From the NCBI GenBank assembly GCA_964016885.1, contig OZ024741.1, positions 176,824,001 through 176,888,000 on the forward strand: a stretch of 64,000 nucleotides of DNA. Reading direction: 5' to 3'. Under the pieces are notes generated by a model, which ran no database searches, was not told the DNA's origin, and saw only the letters and a list, made by a program, of their open reading frames with translations. The position numbers were made by a program, and so were the translations under genes. Below are positions 13,201 to 27,867 of the stretch, one piece after another. This DNA is from Eledone cirrhosa. Lineage: Eukaryota. How positions within the stretch are numbered: the stretch's first letter is position 1; each line of letters begins with the position of its first letter.

Positions 13201-14525
13201 GCATTATCACGCTGTAGACGAACATAAATAAACAAACAAACAAACAGGCAAAAAAAAACCCAAACACGAATAAGCATAAGTTTCATTGTAATGTAGTGTT
13301 TGAATGTCTGACTTAGTTTTTTCCCTTCCCTTCTCTGTCCGTCTGTTTGTTTTTCTCTTCATTCTTATTTTCTTTACGTTTTTCGTTGTTGCTGTGCTGC
13401 TTTGATTTTGATTTTTGTTTATTTGATTTTGACCGGGTCATCAATTCAGACTATTTATATATTTTGATGCCTTCCCCTTTTAGTGGGGGTTCTACGATGT
13501 AGCAGGGGGAGCGGGAGAGAATAGCGGCGGTAGTGATAATGAGGCAGTGGTGGTGGCGGTGGTGGCGGTGCTGTGCTAGCAGAAACTAGCAGGACGTAGT
13601 GGGAGAGAATAGCGGCGGTAGCGATAAATCATTATTAGGCAGTGATGGTGTTGAAGTTGGAGTAGAAATAGCGAGTAGTCGACTTAACCAGAGTTTTCAT
13701 CGTGGTAGTGGTGGTGGTGTTGGTGGTGAAATTATCTTTAGTTATTTAGTCATTTTGTCATCTTCCTCCTTTTCGACTCTAACATTCCTGATCCAATATT
13801 AAATATTAATCTTGTTTATTAATATTGTCTAGTGATACCGCCATCTTCCCCTTTCGTAAGTTAACAGAAGATAATGGGAGGATAGCGGTGGTAGCAATGA
13901 AGGAGTGGTGGCGGCGGTGATGGGATAGTGGTAGTAATGATGGATGGGCGGCGGTGGCGGTGACTGTAGTGATGGCGTTGTCGTTACTGAGTTTTGTTGA
14001 ATGAACTGTATTTTTATTTGATCGGTTAATCTATGGGGTTAGCCGCGTATATGCGTTGACATATTTTTCTTAATATTGGAATTAAACATTTTGTTAAAAC
14101 TTGAGACAATAATAATAGTAATTACTATTATTATGCTGAGATTGGTGGTGGTGGTGGTGAAATTGCCGTTATCTGGCTGATGTGTTTAGTGTACACAGAG
14201 GGGTGATGGGGTAGGTGGTGTATCTAGTTTCTGGTGTTGGTGAAATTGCTGTTATTTGGCTGTTCTATATACGGTTTGACAGAGGGGGTTTTCTTCCATT
14301 TATAACCATTTTCTTTTTTGAATATAAAATGTATAATACAAAATTGAATATTTGAGCGATATAACAATATATTATGGATCCGAATTTTTTTGGGACTCAA
14401 GCCGGATGTTTTATGTATCATTTGTACTAAGAATTGTTATTTCACAATTGATTTAAATATGTTAAAAATCAAAATTTACGGGAGCGATTTCACAACCTTC
14501 TATCCACCATGTGCGTCTTCTTCCC

Positions 14526-14770
<245 letters not shown>

Positions 14771-15029
14771 TATTTGTAAAAATTGCAATGAAATATTTGT
14801 AATTCTGGCATTAAAACTGAACCATGATGCAATTGTTTTCTTTCCAAAACATAAACCTCAGATCAAGTCATATACGCAACGACCAACACATAAAAATACA
14901 AAATATATACGTAACATTTTCAGAATGAATATATCTAAACTATAATAAAGTAAGAAGCGCGGGACTGTGTACGGTTTATAATGTTTAATCCCCTTAGTAA
15001 AATAAGTTGGATTACTTTGAATAAATAAT

Positions 15030-15212
15030 TGTTTCTACTTTAGGCACAAGGCCAGCAATTACCCAGTGCATTACTGGTACTTTATTTTATCGACCCCGTA
15101 AGGATGAAAGGCAAAGTCAACCTTGGCGGGATTTGAACTCAGATCGTAAAGGGACGTAACTATGCTGGAAAGCATGGCGTCCGACCCTCTACTGATACTG
15201 CCAATCCACCGC
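15030..15212 (-). mobile_element. tRNA-derived SINE, full length, 16-bp TSD
   Basis: Minus strand has A-box-like TGGCAGTATCAGTAG, B-box GAGTTCAAATCCC and an (ATT) tail. TSD ACTTTGAATAAATAAT at 15014-15029 and 15213-15228. Confidence 0.9.
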
Positions 15213-15413
15213 ACTTTGAATAAATAATGCATGAATATTACATAATGTATCTACTAAATTTCGTGGCTGTTCATTAAATATATTTTATTACTAATTTAAA
15301 GATTCACTTTTTAAAATTTTCAAATGTCAACACTTCCAGTTAGCGGCCGTTTATATAAATATTCATATATTTCTGTCACTAATTTTCTCCTAATGCAGTT
15401 TATATATAATATG

Positions 15414-15594
15414 TGTTTCTACTTTAGGCACAAGGCCAGCTTTTACCCAGTACATTACTGGTACTTTATGTTATCGACTCCGTAAGGATGAAAGGCAAAG
15501 TCAACCTCGGCGGGATTTGAACTCACATCGTAAAGGGAAGTAACTATGCTGGAAAGCATAGCGTCCGATCCTCCACTGATACTGCCAATCCACC
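15414..15594 (-). mobile_element. SINE, same family
   Basis: High similarity to 15030-15212. Confidence 0.85.
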
Positions 15595-16589
15595 AATAAT
15601 ATCGTCTTTTTTTAATATATCATGGATTACGTTACTGATTACATAAGACAGTGTAACACAGTCTTCGTTCAATTTCTGTGTATATTGTCAATTCCGATTT
15701 TATTTGATCATATCTACATGCATATATACTTGCGAATAGTATCAATATACACACTACACATGCTAGCAGAAAACCACCCGCAGTGTGGTTTTTCTGGTAG
15801 TATGTATAATGAAAATTACATATCAAAAGAGTCACGTATGATAGGTATCTGCTTTTTGAGATTAAGCAAAACATGGTGATTTGTAACACAAACACAGTGT
15901 ATTAGGGTTATGTTATTTCCTCACAACGCAACCAAACGTTAAAGACAGTAGGCGTCAATGTAGTTTACTGATGTGTGGAGAAGATGCAAGCAGAGATAAG
16001 TTGTATTATATAAACAAATATATGATACATAAGTTTAATTGAAAAGCGGGAGGGAATAATCATGAAAGGGGAATGAGGATAGAATTTTAGGATGACATCG
16101 GTTAAATAGATCACATTAAACCCTAGAGATAATTTTAGTAACAATTTCGGCACCAGATATCTAATGGAAAGCACATCCAATTTCGCAAAGGACTTTGAAA
16201 ATACTTAAACATTTAGTGCGTTTAAAGTAATTATAGTTAACCCTCTCATAATTTGCAAACGATTTTGAAAATAATGAAACATTTGGAGGCGGTTAACGTA
16301 ATGAAACTAACACATTACTTATCTGGTGTATTGAACATAATTTAACATAACATAGAATTATAATTGTTTGTCTTTAGATAAGTATAAACACTTTAAAATA
16401 AGGAGTATTGTTTTATAGGATAAATAGAGATTTTAAGAAATTTAGTAACAAGAGCACATAAATATGTCAAAACTAAAATAAGTTTTACTGAAAGAATGTC
16501 TGTGTTTGGAATCCATATAAGGCATGGTAATGTAGAAGCACTTGAGCGTTTAAATGAATAGTGAAGCCTACCATATTGGGAGTGAGGCT

Positions 16590-16925
16590 AATAATGTTGA
16601 TGGTAGATAATGAGAATTGTGATGGGAATAACGGTTATGATGACGGCGTTGATAATATGGACAAAGTTCCTAAAAATTTCGAAGAAAATGACGATGATAC
16701 AGATTATGATAGTGTGTATAATAATCATGACGGGAATGATGATACTAATGATAATGATGATAAGGATAATGATGAACATACTTGTGATAGTATTGATGAC
16801 GATGATGGTGTCGATGTTGATGATGAATTTGTTAGTGGCCGTTATATTTATGATGATGTTGAATATATCTGTCGTGAGGAGGGTGATTATAGCGATGACA
16901 AGGATGAAGATGATGATTATCAATA
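16590..16925. repeat. Degenerate (GAT)n low-complexity tract
   Basis: Yields poly-D, poly-M and poly-I translations in different frames. Confidence 0.8.
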
Positions 16926-17302
16926 GAAGATAGTAACGATGGGATGTTGCCAGTATTAGATTATATACTCTACGTTGGTAATCAACTTTCACTTAAGTCT
17001 TCGTTGCAATATGTTGTCATTGTGAAGAGATCAAAGACAAAAAAATGGATGACTCCGAATTGAACAGGAATTTCTCATTAGTTAAAGAAACTTAAAACGA
17101 AATAATGAAAAGAAGAAATTCTGGTAATGTGAATTATGAAGTCAGTTAGGCTGTGTTCATACATACGTAAATACATGCATACATACGTACATATAGACAA
17201 ATGCATATAGACAAATACATACACACACACACATAGGCACACCCACACAAAGACACTCAGACACACCGACACATACACACCCACACCCACACACACACGC
17301 AC

Positions 17303-17336
<34 letters not shown>

Positions 17337-17337
17337 T

Positions 17338-17419
<82 letters not shown>

Positions 17420-17498
17420 TAGCGAGGGATTGTTCTAGAAGGATGAAATTGAAAGGAACACAGTTGATAACAACAACAGCAACAACAACACCAAAAGC

Positions 17499-17557
<59 letters not shown>

Positions 17558-17563
17558 TAATAA

Positions 17564-17698
17564 TTGTTTCTACTTTAGGCACAAGGCCAGCAATTACCCA
17601 GTGCATTACTGGTACTTTATTTTATCGACCCCGTAAGGATGAAAGGCAAAGTCAACCTCGGCGGGATTTGAACTCAGATCGTAAAGGGACGTAACTAT
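17564..17698 (-). mobile_element. SINE lacking its 5' end, with long (ATT)n tail at about 17499-17563
   Basis: Family match. Confidence 0.85.
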
Positions 17699-17725
17699 AA
17701 TAATATTAATAGTAATAGTAATAAT

Positions 17726-18029
17726 GCTTTCTTTATTAACCACAAGGGTTTACAGAAAGTAGACATTAAGCACAGTACAGGACAATACAGGACTGTACAA
17801 ATGAGCATTTCTGTGTGTAAAAAAAACCCCAAAACAGAGGATGTAACAAAAAACAATGAAACATTCAGCAATAGGGGGGGGGGGGAGACCTCCGAGAGTC
17901 ATCGTGGAGAAAGCCCATTATAAAAAGCCACGGTGATCCTGACTACCAGGGCAAGTGCCCTCTACCAGTTTTCCGACTTCAATTTACAGAGTATATTCAC
18001 TCGGGCCATTCTTGCCTCCCTCACCCACC
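17726..18029 (-). mobile_element. 3' fragment of the Tx1-like LINE family
   Basis: Reverse complement matches about 9280-9594 (GTAAACCCTTGTGGTTAATAAAGAAA, GAGGGCACTTGCC); again followed by an ATT-like tract. Confidence 0.85.
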
Positions 18030-18864
18030 AACAACAACAAAGGTACTATAATGATATATTTCCCTTAAGCAGTAATTAGTTTAAAAGCCCAAAAGACACC
18101 AACCTTATCTACATCGTCATCGATATTTCAACTTGCGTTGTTTCCGTCACAGTCTTAGAAAACCTCAAAACCTGCAGCAATGAAATCATCAGGATTCAAG
18201 TATCCTCCATTATCATCGTTTTCATTATCATTCTCATCACATGATCGTCTGGTTCATATGGATCACGTTCATCATCATGATCATAATAATACTGATTAAC
18301 ACGTTCCTGGTCATTATCATGAATATCATCATCATATTCATCACTATGGACATACTTTTCGCCATCTTTATCAATATCACCGGTCACTTCATTATTTTTA
18401 TGATCGTCATTAGCAACTTTATTATCTTCTTACTACATTACTTTCATTTCTAACCACTCTCCATCCTTATAATCATTATGCATATCATCCTCGCCATCTA
18501 CATTATCCCCTAAAAGACGAATTCCATCTCAGTGTTAAGTTCCTGTTTTCAAATAATAGTTGGCAATCAGTTGTAGCTTATCTCTAGAATTTGTTGCTGC
18601 TGTTATTATTATTATCATTATTATTATTGTTATTATTATTATTATTGTTATTACCATTATTATTATTGATGTTGTTGTTTTCGTTGTTGTTGTTGGCTGT
18701 GGTAGTAATGTTATTTGTTTAATTATTTATCTGAATTATTTCGGTTGTTTGCTGCAGGTATTCAAATGAAGGATTCACACCTAAGCATCTCATTCGCACA
18801 TCTCACGCCCTCCTTTTCACACACCATTTCCCATTCTCTCTCTTTCCCTTACTCCCTCCCTCTC

Positions 18865-18930
<66 letters not shown>

Positions 18931-19493
18931 ACTACGTATATCAACTCCGTCTCCCTAACACACATTTCTCATTCTCTCCAGTCTGTTGCCGTTAATATCA
19001 TGTTATCTCACGACTGTATTAATTTTTCGAGAACATTAGACGGATGTCCCGATCTTTAGTGCATTGATTTCAAAGAAATAATAAAACAGCCCAATATAAC
19101 TGATTAAAGCAATATACTGAAGATCAAAGATAATTCTTTTTTATTATATTTTCATCATAGATAACCCTGGTCTGTCATCTAATACTTTTCATTCTATTGT
19201 AACCTGTACACTCAGACATCAGAAAGAAACAAGGCATTGATTATGTAAATGTGTAGGAATTATAACATTTTGTTGGTTGTTTTTTTTATGTATATAGTAT
19301 TCACTCACAGCTTAACAAATCTCATTACCAAACCATTGTTAATACTTCTCTAAAATACACAAGAAATAGAAAAAAAAATAGCTGAAACAATTGGGATGTA
19401 CAGTGGTTCATATTTTGTTACCAGCAGCCCCATATATCAAAACATGATCAACACATATCCTTGGTATGGTTCGTTAATTTCCATTAAATTCAT

Positions 19494-19680
19494 TGTTTCT
19501 ACTTTTGGGACAAGGCCAGCAAATATCTCATTGAATTACTGGTACTTTATTTTATCGACATCATAAGGATGAAAGACAAAGTTAACCTCGGCAGGATTTG
19601 AACTCAGATCGTAAAAGGGCGTAACACTATGCTACAAAGCATGGCGTACGACCCTCTACCGATACTGCCAGTCCAGCGCC
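19494..19680 (-). mobile_element. SINE, same family
   Basis: Family match. Confidence 0.85.
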
Positions 19681-20849
19681 CTATCACTGCCGATCCATTC
19701 CCCTTAAATTAATGATTAAATGTCAGGCTCTCTGCAGTTCGAGTTCTAATCCCACCGAGATTAGATACGCATATCATTCTTTCAACAGAGGATTGGAATA
19801 ATCGAGGGGAATAATCGGATGGAATGCGTTGGCTTGTCTCTTCAAATCCATCCTATCAACGGAAAGGTCTAGACGCTTCTACGAAGTTGTAAACGGCGGA
19901 TAATATCAACAATGGAAGGTCTAATATAAAGGACATTTTCTTCGAGCAATCTAATGATCGCCTTCTTGTCCTAGATTCATAGAGATAGTACGGTGTTGTA
20001 TGAAACCATCCTGCCATCATAATCGACTTCAGTATTGTCATCATCATTACCAAATCATTGTTCAAAGTATCGTTCACAATAAAAAGAAAATCAAAGAAAT
20101 CACGTTAATTACTTATCCTCGAAGTAGGGCAGTGTTCGGAGATATAGTCCCGCTCAATCATATTTCTTCTTCATTTGTCGCCTTCTTTCACGTGTACGCC
20201 TAAAACTGAAGCAGCCCGTAACACTATACTTCCTTCAGCTAGGAATAGTGGCCAACTTTCATAAAGCGCCGCACGACGTTCAGAATGTACTCTGGGCTTA
20301 TTAATCTAAGAACAGAGAAGTATCACCAAATCAAACATAACGTTTCATGAAAGTCAGATGAAATAAATGATTATTTAACCATCTTTTGATATCCTCGTTG
20401 TTGAATATGTGAATGGGTGATTGGATATGCTGGGTGAACCTGTAATCCAGTACAAATTATATGATGCGTTGTGTTCCTTTACTATCACGTGGTTCAAAAC
20501 TGATACATCGCTCTGGTCACCGCGACTCTAATATATCCCTTGTTTAAATATTAATTCCTATTTTCTTTCCTATCACATTCTGAATATATCCCCAAATGTT
20601 ATTCACTATATTCAAAATCTAAGTATATATAAAGGCCACGAACTTATTTGGAAAATACAACGTACAATGCTGAGCATTAAAGAGGCGTTGAAAGAAGAAA
20701 CAAAGTGTATAGAGAAATAATACAATGTAAATATCCGGATCGAGTGCTAAATCCAAATCACTTGAAATAATATAAAACAATGGATATAATAGAGGCAACA
20801 GGCATCAAATACATGGTAATTGTATTTAGAGAAGTTCATATCAATTGTA

Positions 20850-21700
20850 AATTTAAGTCCTTACATGGGAAAGGTTTAAATCCTTAAGTACATGCAAAGA
20901 GAATAGCCATTGCAATTGTGTGATAAACAATGACTGTCATCTTAGAGTAGAACAATAGAATGGTTAGCAAATTTTCACTTGAGTGAATATAGGATATATA
21001 ATACAACAGGGACGCAACATCGGCGCTGTCGTACAACAACATCGAGATGTCAATAGAATCATATGGTTCGAATTATTTTTGTTATTCCAGATACTCCCAT
21101 TTTTAAATCAGGTGCACCTTCAAGCATGTATACTTAGTTCTAATTCCTTGTTCCTTATGCAACCACAACAACGGGTGAACTCTAAAATTTCGTCTAAAAG
21201 TGCTCTAAAAAAGAAAGGGTAAAAATCTATTATGTCGAATTAAATAAATATAACTCTATTTCTCTAGGGAATGTCTCTAAACCAGGATGTGACAGATGCT
21301 GTGTCGTTTCACCGTAAGGTGTTAGTGTTCTTAATGTGCACGTTAATCTATTGTAATATGTTATTACTAGCTGGTCCTAATTCTGTTAAAGTTGGATTTA
21401 TTAATCTACAGCTAGGCCTATTAGTAAAATCTGGTATATGGTTTTCCGGTGTCACGTTTAGATAAGCATTATATGCTATTTTGTAGCGTTTTCTTTGGCC
21501 TCATCATTAATTTGATTGTAGCTGACAGGTCTGGTCTCCTGGTAATTATTATTTATATTGTTCAGGAAACAATGATTATATCTATCTTTATATACTTCAT
21601 ATAGTTTTCGCCTTTTGTCAGAGAAGACAACGCCGTTTCTAGACAATTTATATGAAAATGTCCACGTGAGCAGCCATAGGTTTATGCACCAAAAATGTCC
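20850..21700 (-). pseudogene. Heavily decayed Penelope-like reverse transcriptase (absent from the ORF track)
   Basis: Manual minus-strand translation gives, in order: VFSDKRRKLY, NHIPDFTNRPSCRLINP..ELG, WFRDIP, FDIIDFYP, DISM..YDSADV and a decayed Y.DD. This is the motif order of PLE RTs. Confidence 0.7.
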
Positions 21701-22129
21701 TGGTGAAGGTCAAATATGAGTATGTCATTGTTTGCAAAATCTTACACAACACTATCAAATAATTGAATTAATAAAAAGAAACTGAATACACAACATCATA
21801 GGCAGCTGCATTATTGAACAATAGTCGGCTCGCTTAGACGATGAATAAACAAGTTTTTCGGGTTATGGTTCCTTTCCACGTGTGATTTCAAAACGAGATC
21901 GCGTTGAGACATTCACACTGCTTCTTATGAATTAGGATTAACAGTTGAACCGTTGCATTCAGTACAGTCTGTAGTTGCCGCTTCGGCCAAGCATTTAATT
22001 CTAAGTCAGCGTTATACATGTTACACGCTTGAGTGTGAATAAAATAGCTGTTTTCACTAGATAGAGCACTCTTCTCCCCTCTTCCCACGGAAATGTCGAC
22101 TGCATATACACACACATACGCTTCCCAAA

Positions 22130-22169
<40 letters not shown>

Positions 22170-22738
22170 CAGAAGATACACCAGAAGGTACGCCATTTGC
22201 ATTCGCGGCTCACTAATTCTACCGAAATCCATACTTGATTGCCGAGAGACAAATAATGCAGACCTGACGAGCATGCCGGAAGGGATTGAGTCTGAATCTA
22301 CGCGCACACGGCAATCGTCCTCGTAAGAAACTGCTACGTCCTCCTTAAATTCCTCTTCAGGCTATGCGGTGCCCCTTGCCACCATCAAGCCTCCTCTATA
22401 TGGATGATACTATTTCAGTGTTGGTACAAATGTCTCTTTGTATACATGTAATTATGTATACAATATATTATGTATAAAATATATTATGTATACATATATT
22501 ATGTATTTCAGGATAGGTAAATTTTACTGGGAAATTATATTCGCATGATTAGCCCTAATACGGTTAGCATCACTGAGAACATCTTGTAGAATCTATACAG
22601 GACTATTTGTAGTGTTATCTATTTTGATATATTTCGATATGCGCAGATATACAATTCTTGACGAATGAATCTATGGAGGCATAGACAAATATGTACATGA
22701 ATGTTTCTTTATATGTCCTACCAGGGACGCACACACAC

Positions 22739-22889
<151 letters not shown>

Positions 22890-23165
22890 GTAAATGACAA
22901 TCAAACAGTGTTCAAAACATTTAATCACTTAGAATCATTTCATCCTAGCACAAGGCCGGATTGATCGGAGTACATAACAAACGTCAAACACAAATATAAT
23001 ATCAAAACTTTGTCACAAGATCATTTGGAGGATACATAATATGGGAGGCTAGATAAGCGAAAGTATCAACATTTATATATGATAACAGTGGCGGAAGAAT
23101 CATATGAAGAATATGATCATAATATAAGTGCAATAAAAATTAGGAGCAGAGCACATCATTAATAA

Positions 23166-24899
23166 CACCGTGTAACAAAAACATATTTTTCTCTGTTTTC
23201 TGGCTTGTAATCACTTTTTTGTGTTGCTTAGGTCCCAAATAAAAAAAAAAGTGTTATTTAACAGTTAAAAGTTGGGGTTTGTAAACATTCTAAGCTATTC
23301 ACAAAATTATTTGTATGCTGGAGTTTACGTTGTATGTAAGTTTAATTTGCTTATGTTAAATGATTTTTTTAATATATGTTTCAGGTTAAATTAAAATTAT
23401 AAAATAAAGAGTAATACCTAGAGAAAATTATAAAAATGCAATAACGTATAAAATTGTTAAAAAGTGGATTAAAGAGATTTATTGATACTGGATTTTCGCA
23501 CCCTGAATAACGGGTAAGTTGTGTTTTAAGCATTCGTCTCCAGGATGAAGCAGTGGAACTTGGGCAAGGAGGAAGTGCAGGTGACAAGTCAGAGAAGTCG
23601 ACACGAAACTTTCTCAGGTGTTACACTCTTAGGGATGGCCTCTGCTTCTGCCATGACGTGCCTGGACTGTTTGACGTTGTTGGGGTGTCGTTTGTGCCCA
23701 AGGAGTGGCGGCTATTTATAGACAGCTGCACCACAAGTTTGAAGGCTGTCCTCCTCCACAATGGAAACAAGTTCCCGACACTGACCCTAGCTCATTCAGT
23801 CTGCCTGAAGGATGATTACTACAGTGTGAAAGTCTTCTTGGAAGCTCTGCAATACAACCAGTACAATTGGGAAATCATTGGGGACTTCAAAATGGTGGCT
23901 TTCCTGCTTGGACGCCAAGGAGGCTTTATCAAATTCCAATGCTTCTCTGCCTTTGGGACAGCAGAGCCACCTCTGACCACTACAATAGAAAGAACTGGGA
24001 GCAGCGAACATAATTTGTAGTTGGGACCCGGAACCTCATGTGGGAGCCACTGGTTGATCCCAGGATTGTGCTCATGCCGCCACATCACATTAAGTTGGGG
24101 TTTATGAAGCAGTTTGTGAAGGATCTCAACCAAGAATCAGCCGCTTTTAAGTACCTTCTTGAGTTCTTCCCCAAGTTATCTCAGGCCAAAATCAAAGGTG
24201 GAAATTTTGTTGGACCTCAGATAAAGAAGGGATTTGAGTGTACCGCGTTCTCCAATAAGCTCAATAGGATTGAGAGAACAGCATGGAACTGTTTCAAGGC
24301 AGTTGTTAAGGGCTTCCTGGCAACTACAAAGCTGAAACCTACCATCAACTGGTGCAGGATCTGATAAAGGCTTTTGGCACCATGGGATGCAGGATGTCGC
24401 TTAAACTCCATATGCTGGACGCTCAGCTGGAAAAATTGAAGGATAATATTGGCGCCTACTCCAAAAGGACAAGGATAACGATTCCACCAAGATGTGAAAG
24501 AGATAGAGCGGAGGTACCAGGGCCACTACAATGAAAGAAATGATGGGGGACTATATCTACGGGCTAGTGCGGGAATGAGACCTGAACTACAACCGCAAAT
24601 CCAGGAAATCCAGTCATTTCTGACGTGTATAAGTTGCTTTATAAGTGTTATTTGTTTTTACTTGTTTGCTTTTCATAAGCTTGTGTAATAAAATAAATAT
24701 ATACTCTGTTGATTTAATTATATGAACTGATAAATTTAAAAAAATGTGTTTTTTCTTGAAAAACATGAACATTTCGAAATATCAAACTCCTGATCACAAA
24801 CCCAAACTTCTGATAATAGTGTTTTAATGATAATAGTGGGATCTAACAAACCAGGAAATGATACTTAGAACCAGGGAACAAAATATATGTTACACGGTG
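23166..24899 (+). mobile_element. Chapaev3-like (CMC superfamily) DNA transposon, internally deleted, with frameshifted transposase
   Basis: TIRs CACCGTGTAACA (23166) and TGTTACACGGTG (ends 24899); 3-bp TAA TSD at 23163-23165 and 24900-24902. Transposase fragments EWRLFIDS..SLKAVLLHNGN, GDFKMVAFLLG, PPHHIKLGFMKQFVK, GCRMSLKLH. Confidence 0.8.
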
Positions 24900-25054
24900 T
24901 AATAAAAAATGAAAAAAAATGCTGTCACAGAAAAATTATAAAATATGCTGCTACAGAAGAGTTAAGTACAGTGAAAAACATATATATCATAAGTAGTGAA
25001 GAAAATTAATAAAGCTAATAAGAGAAGGCATGCAATTCAAATATAGATTTAAAT

Positions 25055-25857
25055 ATATACACATATGTTGTATTCCTGTCTGTTTGTTTGTTTGTTCACG
25101 AACTACTTCTATGGTTTTGGGGATAGACCACCCCACCCCCTCATAACCATATATATTCTGAAACTACAGTGCCGATGGTACTTGGATAAGTATATTTCAT
25201 TTTAATCAAAGGGTTCCCCGGGTGTCACAAAACCCTCGCTGAAAAGTTTTTCCCTTCGATTTATATGAAATTTAATCCATAGATAAATGACAAGATATGA
25301 TGCCTATTCACAATATTTCAGCAAATTTCAATAATATTAATACACCCTAATGGGGGTTAAACCCCCTATTACGGTTCCCCGGAGGCACACACCCCCGCTG
25401 AAATCCCCAGCTGAAATGTTTTTCCTTTCGTGTTAAACCATAGGTAAATGACAAGATATGATGCCTATTCACACAAGTTTTGAATTGATATTTTGAAAAA
25501 AATCATTTACAAGAAACAAAGAAGCATAAGATTTCTTAATGTAATTTTCATTTGGTATATTACAAAATATTCTTCGGTGGCGATTGAAAAACGCCGCCGA
25601 CGAATGCGAGAAAGTTCTCCAGGAAAGTTAACCAGGAATCTTTAAACATCTTCCCAGCGAAGTTATCAAAGAACTTATTAGGTCTACCAACTCATGATAT
25701 AATATTGTAAAAGTAAATCAAATAGTTTAGAATTACAAATGAAGTCATTCTTTTCCTTTTTTTCAAATATACATAACTGTACCAAGGATTTCATACATTT
25801 TTCAATATATATACATAATAGGATGTTGACAGGACTAGCATACGTTTCCCTACTAGT
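25055..25857 (+). mobile_element. Possible non-autonomous Helitron remnant
   Basis: 5' (TGTT)n block, internal duplication (about 25210-25325 vs 25372-25480), GLPTHDIIL-KV resembling the Pif1 GLPPH.L.LK motif near 25681, CTAG|T at 25853-25857. No clear 3' hairpin. Confidence 0.4.
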
Positions 25858-25974
25858 GCTGGTTGCATCTCAGGATACTCATTAGGTAAGGTTATAAGGT
25901 TATGTAAAATCCCAGAGTAGACACAAAGTTAGTTGTTTCAATACAACACCCGTAATTAGGTACCATAAATCTAT

Positions 25975-26076
25975 AGTTGTACTCGAGTTTCAGCCACATG
26001 AGAGCGTACAGCGTCTACTCTCTGCATTTATTATGCAATAATGCACAATCGGTGCCTGTGGCTTCATCAGTGATAT
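25975..26076 (-). ncRNA. Type I hammerhead ribozyme motif (helix I decayed)
   Basis: CUGAUGA-agccaca...ugu ggcu-GAAA-CucgaG-UA: perfect core, 7-bp helix II, palindromic helix III loop. Confidence 0.65.
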
Positions 26077-26490
26077 CTCCTAATCAATAACCACTTTACC
26101 CACAGAATTCGATTCCAGTCTCTGCCACCTATACCAGTGAATGCGTCTGGCAACTCAGTGGTACACTAGTAACTGGAATGTGTGTCTGCGTGTCAGTGAG
26201 TGTGTATATGCATGAGTGTGTGTATGTGTATGTATGAGTATGCGAGTGGCTTTATGTGGGTGAGTATAAATATGAGTCTACACCATAATTTAGGCATGAA
26301 GATAGATTGTATAGGCATATATCTATGACAGCTATATGCAACTATGAGTATATGCATATATAGGGTGTTTGTATTAGAATATGCACATTTATGGGTTTGT
26401 GAATATACTTAAGTAGATATGTATTCCCACAAATTTAGGCAAACTAACCAGCCTACATGAATATATGTATTTCTGTATCTATATAATAAT

Positions 26491-26681
26491 TGTTTCTACT
26501 TTTGTCACAAGGCCAGCAATTACCCAGTGCATTACTGGTATTTTATTTGATCGACCCCGTAAGGATGAAAGGCAAAGTTAACCTTGGCGGGATTTGAACT
26601 CAGAATGACAAGGGCCGTAACTCTATACGTAACGTCAAATTATGGCGTCCGACCCTCTACCGATACTGCCAATCAACCGCC
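26491..26681 (-). mobile_element. SINE, full length, 18-bp TSD
   Basis: TSD CTGTATCTATATAATAAT at 26473-26490 and 26682-26699. Confidence 0.9.
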
Positions 26682-27226
26682 CTGTATCTATATAATAATG
26701 TCCGCTTATTTAAATGTTCTTATTAGATTGTAAATGCGGTTCTTTTTAGTTTGGATTACTTAATCCGTGGGGCAAAAATACAAGAGTTAGTTTCTGGAAT
26801 TATCTTCCTATACAAAAAGTTAAATAATTCTGATTTTGTTTTATTTTGAATATAGTTTTTACTTACATTTTATGCCTCTAAAGTTAAAAAGATGTCAACA
26901 CAGGAACGACGTCGAAAAATCTCTTAAACTTTTCTTTTAACAGTTACTCTGTACTAGTGATACATACTTTAGGTCCATCATTCCTGCCAAAGGTAAAAAT
27001 TAATGTTTCATTAACATCACCATCCATTTTGAAGCTTTTATCATCTTCACTCGAAGGTAAAGGAATATGCATGGATGGCTATATATCCACGCCTATATAT
27101 AGCCACATACTGTGCGAAATGTTTCCCAGCATTTCAAAGGATTAATTGGATGCACATCACCTTTTAAACATGTTTGATAGAATAAATACGGTTTTTGAAT
27201 GAATATATTTTTCCATTAATGCACTT

Positions 27227-27279
<53 letters not shown>

Positions 27280-27800
27280 CATGTTATAATTCATCATACA
27301 CTCACCCATACTGAACCATTCTTCTCGCGGATACACACTACACTAACGATACTTTATACACACACAAAATTATCTCAACGCATATAAACAGTACACACAT
27401 TCGAACTTACATTCACAAAAACATGCATGTCCACTAACACTAACACATGTATATATATATGCACCTACACTCACTTTCTTTGTTACTTTACACATTTTAC
27501 TATACAATCACACACATATAAACTTACACTTAAATTCCCGTATATAACGATACTAATACACACATACTCCACTTTGCGTTCCTACTTGTTACCAAGACTA
27601 CATAACGGCTTTTTGTTTTCCCATTTCATTTTCGTTTTTTGTGTGCCTTTACTGGACATTCTTTCTGTTTCTCCATTTTGATCCCGTCTCTTATTGGTAC
27701 TGCTGAAGCCCGACACGTCGTTCTTTCTTTCCTCTTACGAATATAAAGCGTGAAACTAATAAGATTTGTTATACCTGTGTTTGTTGAACTACACACACAC

Positions 27801-27867
<67 letters not shown>

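Noticed and set aside
13102-13220. Possible HDV-like ribozyme at the 5' end of Dong copy C
   Set aside because: Only short hairpins seen; I could not build the nested double pseudoknot by eye.
15030-15212. tRNA gene
   Set aside because: A/B boxes belong to a SINE head with TSD; no cloverleaf.
16561-16926. Asp-rich 121-aa ORF
   Set aside because: Translation of degenerate (GAT)n; open in several frames.
19856-20290. Possible minus-strand exons
   Set aside because: Splice-like sites present, but frames close quickly and no recognisable protein.
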